A DNA stretch of 64,000 bases from Squalus acanthias. Taxonomy: Eukaryota. This document shows, one piece after another, positions 10,979 to 23,815 of the stretch. The notes under the pieces were generated by a model, which did no database searches, was not told the DNA's origin, and saw nothing but the letters and a program-made list of their open reading frames with translations. Each line of letters opens with the position of its first letter. Within the stretch, counting starts at the first letter, position 1. The translations under genes and the position numbers were made by a program. The stretch is taken from positions 159,280,001 to 159,344,000 of the forward strand of contig CM059431.1 in the NCBI GenBank assembly GCA_030390025.1, given 5' to 3'.

Positions 10979-13900
10979 TGGGATTCAGAGTGGAGCTACA
11001 ATAGGGGGTGATGTACAGTCAAATATAGAGAAAAAAAACAAGTCAGCTTGGAAGACAGGGCAAACATGTAAGAGCAAGGCTGGAAGGCATCTATTTTAAT
11101 GCAAGGAGTCTAGCGAATAAGGCGGATGAACTGAAGGTGTTGATAAACACATGGGAGTATGATATTGTTGCTATCACGGAGACATGGTTGAGGAAGGGCC
11201 AAGACTGGCAGCTCAATATTCCGGGGGACAGAATCTTCAGGCGAGACAGAGGGGGGTGTATAAGAGGAGGGGGTGTCGCAATATTAATTAAGGAATCAAT
11301 GACAGGCATAAGGAGGGATGCTTTATTAGCAGGTTCCTCCAATGAGGCTATATGGGTGTAGCTTAAAAACAAAAAAGGGGCAAGCACTTTGCTGGGAGCG
11401 TACTATAGGCCCCCAAACATTCAGTAGGAGATAGAGGAACAGATATGGAGGCAAATCTCAGAGAAATGTGCAAATTATATGTTAATAACAATGGGGAATT
11501 TCAACTTCCCCAATATTAACTGGGATAGTCAGAGTGTGAAAGGCTGAGAGGATTCAAAATTCTTAAAGTGCATCACGGAGAGCTTTTTGAGCCAGCATGT
11601 AGAAAGTCCTACAAGAGAGGGGGCATTACTGGACCTAATTCTAGGGAATGTGGCCGGCCAAGTGGAAGAAGTGCTAGTAGGTGAGCACTTTGGTGACAGT
11701 GACCATAATACGGTGAGATTTAAGGTGGTCATGGAAAAGGACAGGGATGGGCCGGAAATAAAGGTTCTAAATTGGGGGAAGGCCGATTTTAATAGGATAA
11801 GGCAGGTTCTGGCCAAAAGGGACTGGGATCAGCTGCTTGTAGGAAAATCCAAATCCGGGCAATGGGATTATTTTAGAAGGGAAATTGAGATCATAAAATG
11901 GCAGCATGTTCCCGTAAAGGTCAACGGTGGTTCCAAAAACCGCAGAGAACCTTGGATGTCAGGGGATATACGAGAGTGGATCAGGAAAAAAAGTAGGGCT
12001 TTTGGCAGATACAAAATGCTAAAGATGGAGGAAGCACTAGAGGAGTACAAAAAGTGCAGGGGGATTCTTAAAAAAGAAATAAGGAGATCAAAGAGGGGCC
12101 ATGAAATAACACTGGCGAGCAAAATAAAGGAAAATCCTAAGATGGTTTATAAGTATATTAAGGGTAAGAGGATAACTAGGGAACAATAGGGCCCATTAGG
12201 GACAAAAGTGGCAATCTGTGTGTGGAGCCGGATGATGTAGGTGGGGTCCTAACTGAATTTTTTGCATCTGTTTTCACTATGGAGAAGGACGATGCAGACA
12301 TAAATTTAGGGCAGGGGGACTGTGATATACTCGAACATTTTTACATCGAGAGGGAGGAGGTGTTGGCGGTTTTACCAGGTCTAAAAATGGATAAATCCCC
12401 ATGTCCGGACGAAATGTATCCCAGGCTGCTGTGTGAGGCAAAGGAGGAGATTGCGGGGGCTCTAACACATATATTCAGAAAGTATCTGGCCACAGTGGAT
12501 GTGCCAGAGGACTGGAGAACCGCTAATGTAGTACCATTATGCAAGAAAGGGAGTAGGGAAAAACCGGGGAACTTCAGGCCAGTGAGCCTAACATCAGTGA
12601 TAGGAAAATTATTGGAAAAAATTCTGAGTGACAAAATCAGTCTCCACTTGGAGAGGCAAGGATTAATCAGGGTTAGCCAACATGGTTTTGTCAAGGGAAG
12701 ATCATGTTTGACTAATTTGATTAAATTTTTTGAGGGTGTAACTAGGTGTGTGGATGAGGGTAACGCAGTGGATCTGGTATAGATGGATTTCAGTAAGGCC
12801 TTCGATAAAGTCCCGCACAGGAGACTGGTCAAGAAGCTAAGAGCCCATGGAATCCAGGGTGCCTTGGCACATTGGATACAAAATTGGCTCTGTGGCAGAA
12901 GGCAGAGGGTGATGGTCGAAAGTTGTTTTTGTGACTGGAATCCTGTGGCCAGTGGGGTACCACAGGAATCGGTGCTGGATCCCTTGCTGTTTGTGGTCTA
13001 CATTAACGACTTGGATATGAATGTAAAAGGTATGATCAGTAAGTTCGCGGATGATGCAAAAATTGGTAGGGTGTTAAATAGCGAGGAGGGTAGCCTCAGT
13101 CTGCAGGACGATATAGATGGGTTGGTCAGATGGGCGGAACAGTGGCAAATGGAATTTAATCCGGAAAAGTGCGAGGTGATGCACTTTGGAGGGATTAACA
13201 AGGCAAGGGAATACACAATGAATTGTAAGACCTAAGGCAAGACGAAGGGTCAGAGGGATCTTTGTGTGCAAGTACACAGATCCCAGAAGGCGGCGGAACA
13301 GGTGGAAAAGGTGGTAAAAAAGGCATATGGGATACTTGCATTAATTAGTCGAGGCATAGAATATAAGAGCAAGGAGGTTATGATGGAGCTGTATAAAACA
13401 CAGGTTAGGCCACATCTGAAATACTGTGTGCAGTTCTGGACGCCACACTACAGGAAGGATGTGATAGCTTTGGAGAGTGTGCAGAGGAGATTCACCAGAA
13501 TGTTACCTGGACTGGAGTGCTTCAGCTATGAAGAGAGACTGGGCAGATTGGGTTTGTTTTCCTTGGAGCAGAGGAGGCTAGGGGGGAAAATGATTGAGGT
13601 GTACAAAATTATGAGGGGCATAGGTACGATGGATACTAAGGAGCTTTTTCCCTTAGTGGATGGCTCTATAACAAGGGGGCATAGATTCAAGGTAAAGGGC
13701 GGGAGGTTTAGAAGGGATTTGAGAGAGAACTTTTTCACCCAGAGGGTGGTTGGAGTCCGGAACTCACTGCCTGAAAGGGTTGTGGAGGCAGGAACCCTCA
13801 CAACATTCAAGAAGCATTTGGACGAGCACTTGAAATGCCATAGCATACAAGGCTACGGACCAAATGCTGGAATATGGGATTAGATTAGACAGGGCTCGAT

Positions 13901-14449
13901 GGCCGGCGCCGACACGATGGGCCGAAGGGCCTCTATCCGTGCTGTATAACTCTATGACTCTATGAGGGACTTCAATTACGTGGTTAGACTGGAGAAGCTG
14001 GGTTTGTTCTCCTTAGAGCAGGGAAGGCTGAGAGGAGATTGTATTGAGGTGTTCAAAATCATGAGGAATCTGGACAGAGAAGATAGAGAGAAACTGTTCC
14101 CATTGGCGGAAGGGTCGAGAACCAGAGGACACAGAATTAAGGTGATTGGCAAAAGAAGCAAAGGCGACGTAAGAAAAAAACTTTTTTAAGCAGCGAGTGG
14201 TTAGGATCTGGAATGCACTGCCTGAACAGGTGGTGGGGGCACATTCAATCACGGCTTTCAAAAGGGAGTTGGATAAGTATCTGAAGGAAATACATTTGCA
14301 GGGCTATGGAGAACGGGCGGGGGTGTGGGACAAGCTGAAGTGCACTTGCAGAGAGCTGGCATGGGCTTGACCAGCCGAATGGCCTTCTTCCATGCTGTAA
14401 CCATTCTATGATAGAAAACAACTCTTAAAGAATGACAGAAGGCAAACGT

Positions 14450-14521
14450 TTCCTCGTGGTCTCATGGTTAGGATTCGGCTCTTTCACAGCCTAAATTCGC
14501 GTTCGAAACACAGTCAGGAAA
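14450..14521 (+). pseudogene. tRNA-Glu(TTC) pseudogene
   Basis: ttcctcgtggtctcatggttaggattcggctcTTTCacagcc...gttcgaaacacagtcaggaaa aligns to the vertebrate tRNA-Glu pattern (A box, TTC anticodon, GTTCGA) and is followed by a T-run; T-arm and variable region are degenerate. Confidence 0.75.
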
Positions 14522-14579
14522 TTATTTTTATTTATTTTATGATTTATGAGGGCACTGTGGTTGATGTGGAAGAGATTAC

Positions 14580-15698
14580 GGGGTTGGGGGTAATGTATTA
14601 GAATGGATAGAGGATTGGCTATCTAACAGAAAACAGAGTCGGGATAAATGGGTCATTTTCAGGTTTGCAAACTGTAACTAGTGGGGTGCCGCAGGGATCA
14701 GTTCTGTGGCCTATTTACAATCTATATTAATGTCTTGGATGAAGGGACCGAGTTTAATAAGCCAAATTTGCTGATGATACAAAGATAGGTGGGAAAGTAA
14801 ATTGTGTGGAGGACGCAAAGAATCACCAAAGGGATATAGATAGGCTAAGTGAGTGGACACAAAACTGGCAGATTGAGCATAAGTGGGAACATGCGAGGTT
14901 ATCCACTTTGGTAGGAAAAAAAATATATTATTTAAATGGGGAGAGATTACAAAATGCTGAGGTACAGAGGAATCTGGGGGTCCTTGTACATGAATCATAA
15001 AAAGTTAGCGTGCATGTACAGCAAGTAATTAGGAAGGCAAATGGAATGTTGGCCTTTATTGCAAAGGATATGGTATACAAAAGTAGGGAAGACCTGTTAC
15101 AACTTTACAGGGCGTTGGTGAAACCACACCTGGAGTCGTGCATAGTTTTCGTCTCCTTATATAGGGAAGGATATACTTGCACTGGAGGCAGTTCAGAGAA
15201 GGTTCACGAGGTTGATTCCGGAGATGAAGGGGTTGTCTTATGAAGAAAGTTTGAGTGGGTTGGGCCTAAACTCATTGGAATTTAGAAGAATGAGAGCGGA
15301 TCTTACTGAAACATATACGATTCTGAAGGGGCTTGACAGGGTAGATGCAGAGAGGATGTTCCCCTCGTGGGAGAATCTAAAACTAGGGGGCACAAATTCA
15401 GAAAATGGGGGCACCCATTTAAAACGGAATTGAGGAGGAATTTCTTCTCTCAGAGGGACGTGAATCTTTGGAATTCTCTCCCCCAGAGAGCTTTGGAGGC
15501 TGGGTCATTGAATATATTTAAGGTGGAGATAGACAGATTTTTGAATGGTAAGGTATCAAGGGTTATGGGGAGCGGGCAGGGAATTGGAGGTGAGGCCAAG
15601 ATCAGATCAGCCATGATGTCATTAAATGGCGGAGCAGGCTCGAAGGGCCGGATGGCCTACTCCTGCTCCTATCTTCTATGTATCTATGTATCTATGTA
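14580..15698 (+). mobile_element. CR1 3' fragment
   Basis: GVPQGSV, KFADDT, RNFFSQR motifs; (CTATGTAT)n tail at 15675-15698. Confidence 0.9.
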
Positions 15699-15939
15699 AT
15701 AAAATTTGAACTGGATCGGAGAATAATTGGGATAGGTCTTCGATGGGATAGAAAGCCAATAGAAAAGTGAACTGCTGACATCAGCAATGGCTGGAAGATA
15801 TGTTATAACTGTAGATGAATTAGGAGAATTCCCAATTAACAGATTGCTATTTTAGAGTATAATAAAGATATGGGGTGAAATTCGACTTCTGTGGGACATA
15901 AAATAAGTGCACCGAGAAAAGAAAATCGGGAGATGTGTA

Positions 15940-18790
15940 TAACATAGGAGTACGAGTAAGCCATTCCTCTACTCGGGCCTGCTCCGCCATTCAGTTAGAG
16001 CATTGCTGATCTGTATATCAAGTATATTTCGCCCTCCTTGGTTCCAGTTCCATATCCTTTAATAACCTTACCTAACAAACATCTTACAATTTATGTTTTG
16101 AAAATTTCAATTGACCTAACATTAGCATCTTTTTGGGGAGAGTATTCCAGTCTTTCCACAACACTTTGTGTGAAGAAGCATTTCCTGGCATCATGCTGAA
16201 CGACCTAGCTCTAATTTTAAGGTTCTGCCCCCCTGTTCTGGACTCCTCCACCAGAGGAAATAGTTTATGTCGAGCTTATCTTTCAAATCATTTAATCATC
16301 TTAAACACATCAATTGGATCACCACTTAATCTTCTAAACACAAGAGAATACAAAGCTAGTTCATGCAATCTGTCCTCATGTTGCAATTTTTTAGCCCCGG
16401 TATCAAACTGATGAATCTGCATTGCATCCCCTGCAAGGCCATTGTATCCTATTGAGGTGCGGTTCCCAACACTGAACACAATAACATAGGGTCTAACCAG
16501 AGCTCTGTAGAACTATATCATACCTTCGAACCCTATGTATTCCAGACCTCTTGAGTTATAGAAACATAGAAGATAGGAGCAGGAGTAGGCCATTCGGCCC
16601 CTCGAGCTTGCTCCGCAATTAGATGAGATCATGGCTGATCATCCAAACTCAGTACCCTGTACCTGCCTTCTCCCCATATTCCTTGATAACTTTAGTTTTA
16701 AGAAATATATCTAACGCATTCTTGAATATATTTAATGATTTGGCCTCAACTACCTTCTGTGGTAGAGAATTACAGAGGTTCAACACTCTCTGGGTGAAGA
16801 AATCCTTCCTCATTTCTGTCCTAATTGGCTTACCCGTGATCCTTAGATTATGACCCCTGGTTCTAGACTTTCCGACCATCGGGAACATTCTTCCCGCATC
16901 AAGTTTGTCCAGACATGATAGAATTGTATATGTTTCGATGAGATCCCATCTCATTCATTTATACTCCAGCGAGTATGAGCCCAATCGACCCAATCTCTCC
17001 TCATATATCACCCCTGCCATCCCAGGTATCAGCCTTGTGAATCTTCGCTGAACTCCTTCCATGGCAAGAGCATCCTTCCTCAGATAAGGCGACCAAAACT
17101 GCACACAATACTCAAGGTGTGGTCTCACCAAGGCCCTGTACAACTGCAGCAGGACATCTCTGTCCCTATACTCAAACCCTTTCGCAATGAAGGCCTTCGT
17201 CACCGCCTGCTGCACCTGCATGCTTTCCTTCAGCGACCGGAGCACAAGGACAGCCAGGTCTCGCTATACTTCCCCTTCTCCCAATCTATTGCCATTCAGA
17301 TAATTGTCTGCCTTTCTGTTTTTGACACCAAAGTGGATAACCTCGCATTTATGCTCGTTATATTGCATCGGCCAGGCTTCTGCCCACTCACCCAACCTGT
17401 CCAAATCATCCTGGAGTTTCTCGGTATCCTCCTCGCAGCACACACTCCCACCCAGCTTTGTGTCATCTGCAAACTTGGAGATATTACACTTAGTTTCCTT
17501 ATCTAGATCATTAATGTATATTGTGAATAGCTGGGGTCCAAGGACCGATCCCTGCGGTACCCCACAGGTCACTGCTTTCCACTCGGAAAAAGACCGATTA
17601 ATTCCTACTCTCTGCTTTCTGTCCGCCAACCAGTTCTCTATCCAAGTCAATACCTTGCCCCCAATCCCTTGTGCCTTAACCTTACACGCTAATCTCTTAT
17701 GCGGGACCTTATCAAAAGCCTTTTGAAAGTCCAAATACACCACATCTACTGGTTCTCCCTTATCTATTTTCCCAGTTACATCCTCAAAAAATTCCGGTAG
17801 ATTAGTCAAGCACGATTTACCTTTTGTAAATCCATGTTGACTTTGTCCAATCCTGTCACTGTTTTTCAAGTGCTCAGATATTACATCCTTTATAATGGAC
17901 TCTAGCATTTTCCCCACTACCGATGTCAGGCTTACCGGTCTGTAATTCCCGCTTTCTCTCTACCACTCTTTTTGAATAGTGGGGTAACATTAGCTACCCT
18001 CCAATCCATGGGTACAGTTCCAGATTCCATCGAATGTTGGAAGATGATCAGCAATGCATCTATTATTTATAGGGCCACTTCCTTAAGTACCCTAGGATGT
18101 AGATTATCAGGCCCTGGGGATTTATCGGCCTTCAATCCCGTCAATTTCCCTAACGCCATTTCCCTGCAAATACTGATTTCTTTCAGTTCCTCCCTTTCAT
18201 CAGACCGTATGTTCTCCAACATCTCTGGGAGGTTATTTGTGTCCTCCTTTTTGAAGACAGAACCAAAATATGCATTTAATTGGTCTGTCATGTTTTTGTT
18301 CCGCATTATAACTTACCCCGCTTCTGACTTCAAGGGACCCACAGTTGATTTCACTAATCTTTTTCTCTTCACATATCTATATAAGCTCTTACAGTCAGTG
18401 TTTATGTTCCCAGCCAGCTTACTTTCATATTCTATTTTCCTCTTCTTAATTAATCCCTTTGTCCTACTTTGCTGAATCCTAAACTGCTCCCAATCCTCAG
18501 GGTTACCACTTTTTCTGACCAATTTATATGCCCTCTATTTGAATCTTATGCTATCCCTAGTTTCCCTTGTTAGCCACGGTTGCGTCACCCTGATAAAGGG
18601 GAACATTCCATTTGCCTGTTAATTATCTTTTTATATCTGGCCACTAGCTTTTAGTGATGTCTGTATTTGGGCCCTAAACCTATCTGTTCGTCCACAGTTC
18701 CTAGATTCACGCAATATTGGAAATAATCTGATCTATAATTCTTGGGACCAAAGTGTATGGCATCACTTTCCCACATCTGCCACAGTTTTA
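15940..18790 (-). mobile_element. Old CR1 3' fragment (15940-16556 + 18591-18790) split by a younger CR1
   Basis: Reverse-strand CR1 C-terminal motifs (LYSLVFRRLSGD) continue across the younger insertion. Confidence 0.7.
16557..18590 (-). mobile_element. 5'-truncated CR1 LINE
   Basis: Reverse ORFs 17264-17917, 16955-17245, 16649-16954 with complete RT motifs; CTATGTTT tail at ~16557. Confidence 0.92.
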
Positions 18791-18799
18791 CCCATGGAG

Positions 18800-19375
18800 C
18801 ACAGAACCAGGGAAGTTATGATAAACATTTAGCCATTGCCGGTTAGGCCTCAGGTGGAGTATTATTTCCAATTCTCGGCACCATACTTTGGGACTGCTGT
18901 TAAGGCCTTGAGGAGTGTGCAGAGATCAGTTGCTGTAATGGTACTAGAGATTCGGGGCTTAGGTTACATGGGGAGACTAGAGAAGCTGCGATTGTTCTCC
19001 TTAGAGCAGAGAATATTACGGGTAGATTTAATAGAGGCGTTCAAAATAATCACTTTTTTGAAAAAATAATTGAGGAGAATCTATTTACACTGGCAGCAAG
19101 GTCGGCAATCAAAGGACATACATTTAATGTAATTGGCAAAAGAGCCAGAAGTGAAATGAGGAGTTTCTTTCATTATGATCTGGAATGCACTGCCTGAAAT
19201 TGTGATGGAAGCAGGTTCAGTAGTACATTTCAAAAGTGAATTGGATAAATACTCAAAGGGAAGAACATCGCAGGACTATATCGAGAGTGCAGATGAGTGG
19301 GACTAAATGGATTGTTCTTTCAAAGAGCCGACACAGGCTCGATGAGCCGAATGGCCTAATTCTGCATGATTCTAG
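18800..19375 (+). mobile_element. CR1 3' fragment
   Basis: VRPQVEYYFQFSAPYF...LFSLEQR; CR1-like 3' UTR with ATTCT tail. Confidence 0.8.
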
Positions 19376-19639
19376 GATATCGAATTCTAACGCTTTGATT
19401 CTAAACCTGTTATAAACGACAAATATACTTGAATATTATTTTACAGCAGCAGGCATTTAGCGTGTGAGATTGCATTTGCAAGTTTTATTCTGTTAATTGA
19501 CTCAACTGTCAATAAATGAATTTTTGGTCAAAAATAATTGATACCAGATCCACTATTGTTAGGTTAACAGTACGATTGATTTTCCGGTAAGAATAGCAGT
19601 GAGACTATCAGAACTCATCATTATTATGGAGTAAATCGG

Positions 19640-20290
19640 ACACCAACCTACAGAGTCCGCACACGTGGAAATAGGGAAGTAGCTGTACGGTTTTGCCTAC
19701 TCCACCACAAGCTTCGCTACAACGGTAAACCGCTGATAGATTCAATATGAATGGTACTTGCACACTAGATAAACAATAAACACGCCAGAAAAGTTAAGGC
19801 ATGTTCACTTAAGTGTAAGTGAATCTTTCGCGGAGTAGTAAACAACATCACTGGCATTAACAATTTACTTTCACAAGTGTGGAGTCGCATTCCTTCACAT
19901 TTTAATTATTGTTGGAGATTTTAAAAAAAACTCTCAATTTCTCTTTCTGTTTCTTTTATCTCTCTCTTAATTGGAACTTATGTTCTCTCTCTTTCTCTTA
20001 ATTTCGGTTTCTGCACATGATTTTAAATTCAATTAAATGTTCTAATTTTCACTTCCTGTTTAAACTCTGGGTGTCTCAGTAAGGATTTATCAATATGATT
20101 GGTTGAGGAGACACGCTGTTCCTCGCCCTGTCCACAGAGGTCCCAGGTCCCCTGGAGAGGACGCCACGGTGAAATGGATTTCTAATTACCGCAGGCAGCA
20201 GAGGAAAAGCCAGCTGAAATTTTGTGGGCCGCTGTAAGCAAAATGAACAGTGAGCGCCGATCATTCGCCGCTGAGCGCAAAATCCGGGCC
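19640..20290. mobile_element. Probable decayed Harbinger-like MITE
   Basis: Ends aaaatccgggcc|aat, similar to the TIR + AAT target of the 61387-62100 element; absent from the paralogous region at 51320-52510; left end unclear. Confidence 0.4.
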
Positions 20291-20377
20291 AATTTTCTTT
20301 GCACTACTTCACAAATAAACGGCAATTTCGCTGAATTAAAACACCAAAATGGTGCTCAGAATATTTCACGTCCTTAC

Positions 20378-21055
20378 CTTCTGCTGCGGTTCCTTTGTGT
20401 AGTTCCAGATATTCTGGGTTAATTAGCGTTGTGGGTTCTGGCGGTTAATGAACACACCCTGGTTAAAGGTCAGTTACACAACACAGTCATGAACACAACC
20501 TTCAGTCAAGATCAGCCTGATCATTAAAATCCCTCCTCGGCATGATTCCTGGTGCAGGTCTCGATCTGAATCACAAATGGTCTGATGCAAATTGAAATAA
20601 TTCAACTTTTACGCAAAGTTATTAATCCAAAGTGTGGTAACAATGAATACATATTATCCTAGCTCTTCCATCTGCTGTTCAGAAGACCCCACAGTGAAAA
20701 AGGGATCTGTAGCCGGGATCTAATTTAATTACTCACCATAAAAATACGTATTAAAGGACTATGAAAGGGAAGAGATAGGGTGGGACAAAGATCGATGATT
20801 ATAATCTCCGGCAAATAGTCTCTAGTTAATGAGTAACAGTTTGGGCCTTTATCAGGTTGGTCGAACCCATGGTTATCAGGCTCCAGGTTTCACGTACTGG
20901 AACTACTGAGCAAATGTGTTGGTTAAACTCCGCTTCATCGGCCTGTTAACTTGTAGTGCTGGTGATGTAATATCCCATTTTAATTTAATCTTTCTTTGAA
21001 CTGTTTGCCAACGGATTTAATTTATTGTGAGAGTGAGAAACTCTGAACATTAAAT
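20378..21055 (-). promoter_or_regulatory. Promoter + short non-coding first exon, copy A
   Basis: AAG|GTAAGG donor at 20377; HNF1-like GGTTAATGAACAC (20443) and GTTAATGAGTAAC (~20826); DR1/HNF4-like GGTTAAAGGTCA (20461); blocks conserved with copy B; no ATG between the proximal HNF1 site and the donor. Confidence 0.55.
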
Positions 21056-21539
21056 TAAATTGTGAACCAGAATTTTTATTTAATATGAATGTTAAAAGTT
21101 CATGTTACATCTTGTGACACCTCTGTGTCTCTTCCCTTTCCTGCTTCTCTGTGCTGCTGCTCCCAGTCTGTTTCCGGCTCCCCCTGCTTCGTGCCTGAAA
21201 TCACTGCCTTTTACCTGTCTGTTGCTCTCGCTTATTCAGCTCCTTAGTTTTAATGTTTGCTTCCCTTCGCAGCCGGATCCATTTTTCTTTCTTTCCCGGT
21301 TTCCATTCCCATCAGCTCTATGTCTTATTCTGCCGTAACTTCACTTCCGCAGATGTATTTTGATTCCACCTGCTCAATGCCTGAATGTCACATTGCACCT
21401 GTAAACGCCTGCAGCTCTACAATCTTCCTACGTCCCTAACACTCTCCTCAACCATTTATTCAGTCCCCCACCTGCAACAATCCTAATTGACCCTTTGCCC
21501 TTCCTTTCCTCCTCTTCTTCAAGCTGAACTCTGAAGAAT

Positions 21540-23815
21540 TACAAAAATGAGTACAGGAGCACTTTCTTAATCGAGATGTTTCTAGCCCAACGAGGAAGGA
21601 AACAGTTCTTGGGAATGAAGTAGGACAAGATCGGATTGTGTTTAAGTGGAAGATTATCTGGCAAATAATTAAGTTTTTCAGAAGTTATGGGATGGGTCAA
21701 AGAAAAATCAACAGTGAAAAAAACCATTTGGAAGAGAGCCAATATCATTGATTTGAGGAGACAACTGGCACAGGTGCACTGGAAACAAAAACTGGCTGAA
21801 GAAACATTAAATAAGCAATGCCAATCCTTTAAGGCAGAGAGTGTTCGGGTACAAACCAAGCATCTTCCCATAAAGAAGAAAGCATGAGCATTCAAAGCTA
21901 GAGCTCCATGGATGACAAAAGCAATAGAGCTTAATATAAAACAGGAAATGGATGTTTATGACAAATATCAGGTATAGAATGCAATCGAAAACCAGGTACA
22001 TTACAGATAGTGCAGGGTGTATGAAAATTGATTTCAAAACTGCAATGAGAGCGTATTAGAAATGATTAGCAGGTAACATAAAAGGAAACCCAAACACTTT
22101 TCTAAACATATAAAAAGTAAAAGTTTAGTTTAAAGAATGGTGGGGCCCATTTGGGGCAGAATGGGAAATGTCCTCAGGAATCAGAAGGTGCTCTGAATGA
22201 GTACGTTGCATCTGTCTTCACAAAAGAGGAGGAATAAGATAATGGTGGAGCAGAGGAGCGAGCTGTCTTGCTATTAGATAGGATATTGGATAGGGTAAAG
22301 GTAGGTAGAAATGCGGTGGCATCACTTAAAATCAGAAATTCAGCGGGTCGAGATGGGATACATCCCAGCTTGTTGACGGGACCTAGGAGTGAGTTAGCAA
22401 AAGCACTAACCGTAATCTTTAAATTGGAGAGGTGCCAGATGGTTATCGGATTGTAAAAACGTTGCATCCTTGTTCAAAAAGGTGAGAAGTGTAAATCAGG
22501 TCAGTCAGTCAACTTCAGTGGTGGGAAAACAACTAAAGACCGGGGGAAAGGACATTCATTCTCACTTCGGGAAGCATGGGTTAATAAGGGACAGCCAGCA
22601 CGGATTTGTTAAAGGCAAATTGTGTCTGACTAACCTGATTAAGTTCTTTGATGAATTAACACAGAGGGCTGATGAAGGTAGTGCAGTAGATGTTCTATAT
22701 ATGGACCTTCAAAAGGCATTTGTTGAAGTACCCCGTATCAGACTTATTCGGAAAATAGGAGCACTCAGTATTACACGGAGGGTGGTAACTTGGGTACCAA
22801 ATTAGCTGAGGGATAGGAGGCGGAGATTATTATTGAAAGAATGTTTAATTTCTGACTGTAGAAAAGTATGCAGTGAGGTCCGAAAAGTGTCGAAATTAGG
22901 ACCATTGCTTTTCTGTTAATATATAAATTGCGGCCGATACAAAACTGGGAAACGTAGTAAATAGTTAACATGATAGCAGTGGACTTCAGGAGCATGTAAA
23001 CAGACTGGTGAAATGGGCAGACACATGACAGATGCTATTTAATGTCATACATTTAACTGTGAAGTGATGCACTTTGGGAGAAACAAAATGGCGAGGCAGT
23101 ATAATCGAACTGGTATTTATTTGAGGAGGTGCAAGAGCAGAGGGAACTGTGTTGCATATTCACAGATATTTGAAGGTGGCAGGGCAAATTGAGCAGGTGT
23201 TTAAAAAGCGTATGGGATACCTGGCTTTGTAAATAAAGGCATTGAAAACACAAACAAGGAAGCCATGCTAAACCTTTCTAAGTCTATGGTTTGGCCTGAG
23301 CTGGAATATTTTGTATTTTGTACAATTCTGGGGAGCAAACTTTAGGAAGGATGTCAAAGGTCTGGAGAGTGTACAAACGGGGGCATACCAGGATGATACC
23401 ACTGATGAGCGACTTCAGTTATGTGGAGATTGGAGAAGGTTAGATGGTTCTCCTTAGAGCAGAGAATGGTACGGAGCAACCTAATAGATGTATTCGAAAT
23501 CATGAGGGGTTTTGATAGAGCAGGTAGAGAGAAAATATTTGCTCTGGCATGTCTGTAGGTAACTAGAGGCCATACATTTAAAATAATTCATAAAGGAAAT
23601 TGTTAAGAGCTGGAATGCAATACTTGAAAGGGTGTTGGAAGCAGATTCCATAGGAACTTTTAACAGACAATTGGACATGTACTTGAAGAGAACTCATTTG
23701 CAGGGTTATGCGGAAATATCTGGGGCATGGCACTTTATTAGACAGCTCTTTCAAAGAGCCGAAATAGGTGTAATGGTCCAAATGAACTCATTCTTTGCTG
23801 TATGATTCTATGATT
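21540..23815 (+). mobile_element. Old, heavily decayed CR1 ORF2
   Basis: DSQHGFVKGKLCLTNLIKFFDE, DLQKAF; ATGATTCT tail at ~23800. Confidence 0.85.

Larger units (their letters stand above)
9222..13963 (+). mobile_element. Full-length CR1 LINE (monomer 5' UTR, ORF1, disrupted ORF2, GACTCTAT tail)
   Basis: Tandem monomer 5' UTR; ORF1 10004-10978; ORF2 with APE endonuclease (YDIVAITETWL, SDHN) and RT pieces to 13883, several stops and frameshifts. Confidence 0.95.
8975..14410 (+). mobile_element. CR1 3' fragment (8975-9221 + 13962-14410) split by a full-length CR1
   Basis: ...QKRFTRMIPG ends at ~9220 and resumes MRDFNYVVRLEKLGLFSLEQ at 13962. Confidence 0.85.

Noticed and set aside
15700..15810. 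Minus-strand acceptor (ctaattcatctacAG) with a short open frame
   Set aside because: No donor found (runs into a CR1 tail); the peptide is not signal-like.
20690..20700. CACAGTG heptamer suggesting a V(D)J recombination signal
   Set aside because: No nonamer at 12 or 23 bp spacing, not conserved in the paralogous copy, and no V/J segments nearby.
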